Assembly: GCF_052049975.1 (NCBI RefSeq)
Contig: NZ_JBNGYZ010000001.1
Location: forward strand, 314,468 to 378,467
Direction: 5' to 3'
DNA: 64,000 nt
DNA from: Candidatus Pelagibacter sp.
Lineage (GTDB): Bacteria > Pseudomonadota > Alphaproteobacteria > Pelagibacterales > Pelagibacteraceae
Shown here: piece by piece, positions 59,935-64,000 of the stretch
How positions within the stretch are numbered: position 1 is the first letter of the stretch
Layout of the letters: each line of letters starts with the position of its first letter
Notes under the pieces: model-generated
The model's input: only the letters and a program-made list of their open reading frames with translations
Databases searched by the model: none
What the model was told of the DNA's origin: nothing
Program-made: the position numbers and the translations under genes

Positions 59935-60654
59935 ATGGAAATTTTTATAATTCCTTGTTTGAACGATAACTATAGCTACATTTTGTATGATGAAACAAAT
60001 AATACAGCATGCGTTGTTGATCCAAGTGAAGCCAATCCAATTATAGATTTTATAGAAAAAAATTCGTTTAATCTTAAATATATTTTAAACACTCATCACC
60101 ATTATGACCATGTTGGTGGCAATGAAGAATTGAAAAAGAAATTTAATTCACAAATAATTGGATTTGAAGGTGATAAAAATAGAATTCCTGAAATAGACAT
60201 CAAGCTCAATGATCATGAAATTTGGAGCGCTGAAAATTTTAAAGCTAAAATTTTTCATATTCCAGGTCATACATCTGGTCATATTTGTTATTACTTTGAA
60301 AAAGAGAATTGTCTATTCACTGGTGATACACTATTCTCTCTAGGATGTGGAAGAATTTTTGAAGGAACTTACGAACAGATGTTTAATTCATTAAACATTA
60401 TAAAAAAACTACCTTTGGAAACCCTAATTTATTGTGGTCATGAATATACATTAAAAAATTCAGAATTTTGTTTGAAGCATGATCCAACCAACAAAGATTT
60501 AAAAGAAAAAATTATCAAAATCAAAAAGTTGCGCTCTGAAGGTAAGCCTACGATTCCAACTACTTTAGAAGATGAAATTGCAACCAACATATTTCTAAGA
60601 GCTAAAGATATTGAAAATTTCTCAAAACTTCGAGATTTAAAGGATAATTTTTAA
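59935..60654 (+). CDS. gloB: Hydroxyacylglutathione hydrolase (glyoxalase II)
   Basis: DNYSY, THHHYDHVGG, PGHTSGH, FTGDTLFSLGCGR, CGHEYT, NIFLR. Confidence 0.93.
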   Translation: MEIFIIPCLNDNYSYILYDETNNTACVVDPSEANPIIDFIEKNSFNLKYILNTHHHYDHVGGNEELKKKFNSQIIGFEGDKNRIPEIDIKLNDHEIWSAENFKAKIFHIPGHTSGHICYYFEKENCLFTGDTLFSLGCGRIFEGTYEQMFNSLNIIKKLPLETLIYCGHEYTLKNSEFCLKHDPTNKDLKEKIIKIKKLRSEGKPTIPTTLEDEIATNIFLRAKDIENFSKLRDLKDNF

Positions 60655-60664
60655 GTTATTCAGC

Positions 60665-60692
60665 TTGACTAAAAAGCTTCTCAGACTATATT
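60665..60692 (+). promoter_or_regulatory. Sigma70-type promoter of rplU-rpmA
   Basis: TTGACT-N16-TATATT, 22 nt upstream of ATG 60715. This places the ORF-track TTG start (60691) inside the -10 box. Confidence 0.65.
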
Positions 60693-60714
60693 GCCCTTAA
60701 AAAAAATTCAGAAT

Positions 60715-61110
60715 ATGTCTTACGCAGTAATTAAAACAGGTGGAAAACAGTACAAAGTAAAAGCTGGTGAAATCTTAAAAATTGAAAAATTACAAGATTC
60801 TAAACCTAATTCTAAAGTAGAATTTAATGAAATTCTTGCATATGGCGATGACAAAAGTATTGAATTGGGAGCTCCAATAGTATCTGGTGCTAAAGTGGAA
60901 GCTGAATTAATTGAGAATAGTAAAAATAGAACAATCTTAATCTTCAAAAAAAGAAGAAGACACAACTCAAGAAGAAAAAACGGTCATAGACAAGAATTTT
61001 CAAAAATAAGAATTAATAAAATCTTTTCAAAAGATGGAAAAGTTTTATCTGAAGCTGAAAAAGTGGTGAAGACTGAAAAGAAAACTGATAATAAAGAGGC
61101 TTCAAAGTAA
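60715..61110 (+). CDS. rplU: 50S ribosomal protein L21
   Basis: YAVIKTGGKQYKV, FKKRRRHNSRRKNGHRQ. ATG 60715. Confidence 0.96.
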   Translation: MSYAVIKTGGKQYKVKAGEILKIEKLQDSKPNSKVEFNEILAYGDDKSIELGAPIVSGAKVEAELIENSKNRTILIFKKRRRHNSRRKNGHRQEFSKIRINKIFSKDGKVLSEAEKVVKTEKKTDNKEASK

Positions 61111-61118
61111 GGTAAATT

Positions 61119-61373
61119 ATGGCAACGAAAAAAGCAGGTGGATCATCTAGAAACGGCCGAGATAGTGCTGGTCGAAGACTTGGTGTAAAAAAATATGGTG
61201 GCGAGTCTGTAATCCCAGGAAATATTATAGTTAGACAAAGAGGAACTAAAATTTTTCCAGGAGAAAATGTAGGGATGGGTAAGGATCACTCAATTTTTTC
61301 TGTAGTAAAAGGTAAAGTTGTTTTTAAAAAAACAAAATCAGACAGAACGTTTGTTTCAGTAAAGCCCAATTAA
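61119..61373 (+). CDS. rpmA: 50S ribosomal protein L27
   Basis: [26 protein letters not shown]. Confidence 0.98.
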   Translation: MATKKAGGSSRNGRDSAGRRLGVKKYGGESVIPGNIIVRQRGTKIFPGENVGMGKDHSIFSVVKGKVVFKKTKSDRTFVSVKPN

Positions 61374-61389
61374 TAGTACAACTATTTAG

Positions 61390-63480
<2,091 letters not shown>

Positions 63481-63484
<4 letters not shown>

Positions 63485-64000
63485 AAAAAGAACTTTTGAA
63501 AATTGGTTATAATTCTAAAATTGCATTGCAGGAAAATTTAAGTGAAAAGGTAAAAAATAAAGTTTTAAATGACTATTTTTTATTCATAAAAAAAAACAAA
63601 ACGAAAATTTTAATTTCTAATAAAAAAGATATTGATTTTGCAGTTAAAAAAGGGATTAAAAATAATTTAATTGAAAGATTAAAGCTCAATGAAAAAAAAA
63701 TAGATCAAATATTAATCTCCATAAAAAACATAATTAAATTAAAAGATCCATGCAATAGAGTATTAGAAAGTTGGAAAAGACCCAATGGACTCAAAATATC
63801 AAGAGTTACAATTCCTTTAGGTGTTATGGGTGTGATCTATGAAAGCAGACCTAACGTAACTTGTGATGTCTCTTCATTATGTTTCAAGTCTGGTAATGCT
63901 GTTATTTTAAGAGGAGGTTCTGAGGCTATAAATACAAACAAGATACTTTCTGATCTTTTTAGAAAATCTCTCGAAAAAAATAATATTAATAAAAACTATG
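63481..64000 (+). CDS. proA: Gamma-glutamyl phosphate reductase, 5' part (runs off the window end; absent from the ORF track)
   Basis: Manual translation from ATG 63481 (ATGA overlap with the proB stop) gives ...RPNGLKISRVTIPLGVMGVIYESRPNVT...CFKSGNAVILRGGSEA. Confidence 0.93.

Overview
AT-rich (roughly 30% GC by eye, not computed), very densely packed chromosomal window. Protein sequences and gene order indicate an alphaproteobacterium of the SAR11/Pelagibacter type; this assignment is an inference from recalled sequence style and synteny, not a database hit. It is almost entirely core housekeeping: pgi (partial), lspA, ileS, ribF, groES/groEL, typA, tldD/pmbA, ptrB, Hsp20, purine salvage, msrA-sseA-RND pump, gpmA, murU/amgK-like, tsaE, ahcY, chvG/chvI, polA, bioY, regA, a three-gene polyamine operon, rpmB, pyrD, class I lysS, trkH, ampG, tyrA, hisC, metX/metW, gloB, rplU/rpmA, obg, proB and proA (partial). 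I see no tRNA, rRNA, mobile element, prophage, CRISPR or defence system, and no clearly novel multi-gene system. Supported non-coding elements are a SAM-II riboswitch before metX, a ROSE-type RNA thermometer before the Hsp20 gene, two RpoH-type promoters and three terminator hairpins. The best leads for undescribed biology are: a 401-aa protein with an extremely basic N-terminus and a long coiled coil; an unannotated 38-aa basic ORF after groEL; a non-CIRCE inverted repeat bracketing the groESL heat-shock promoter; an anti-aptamer sequence in the SAM-II leader; and the decarboxylase / deoxyhypusine-synthase-like / ureohydrolase operon. Several start codons were moved relative to the ORF track, as noted per feature.
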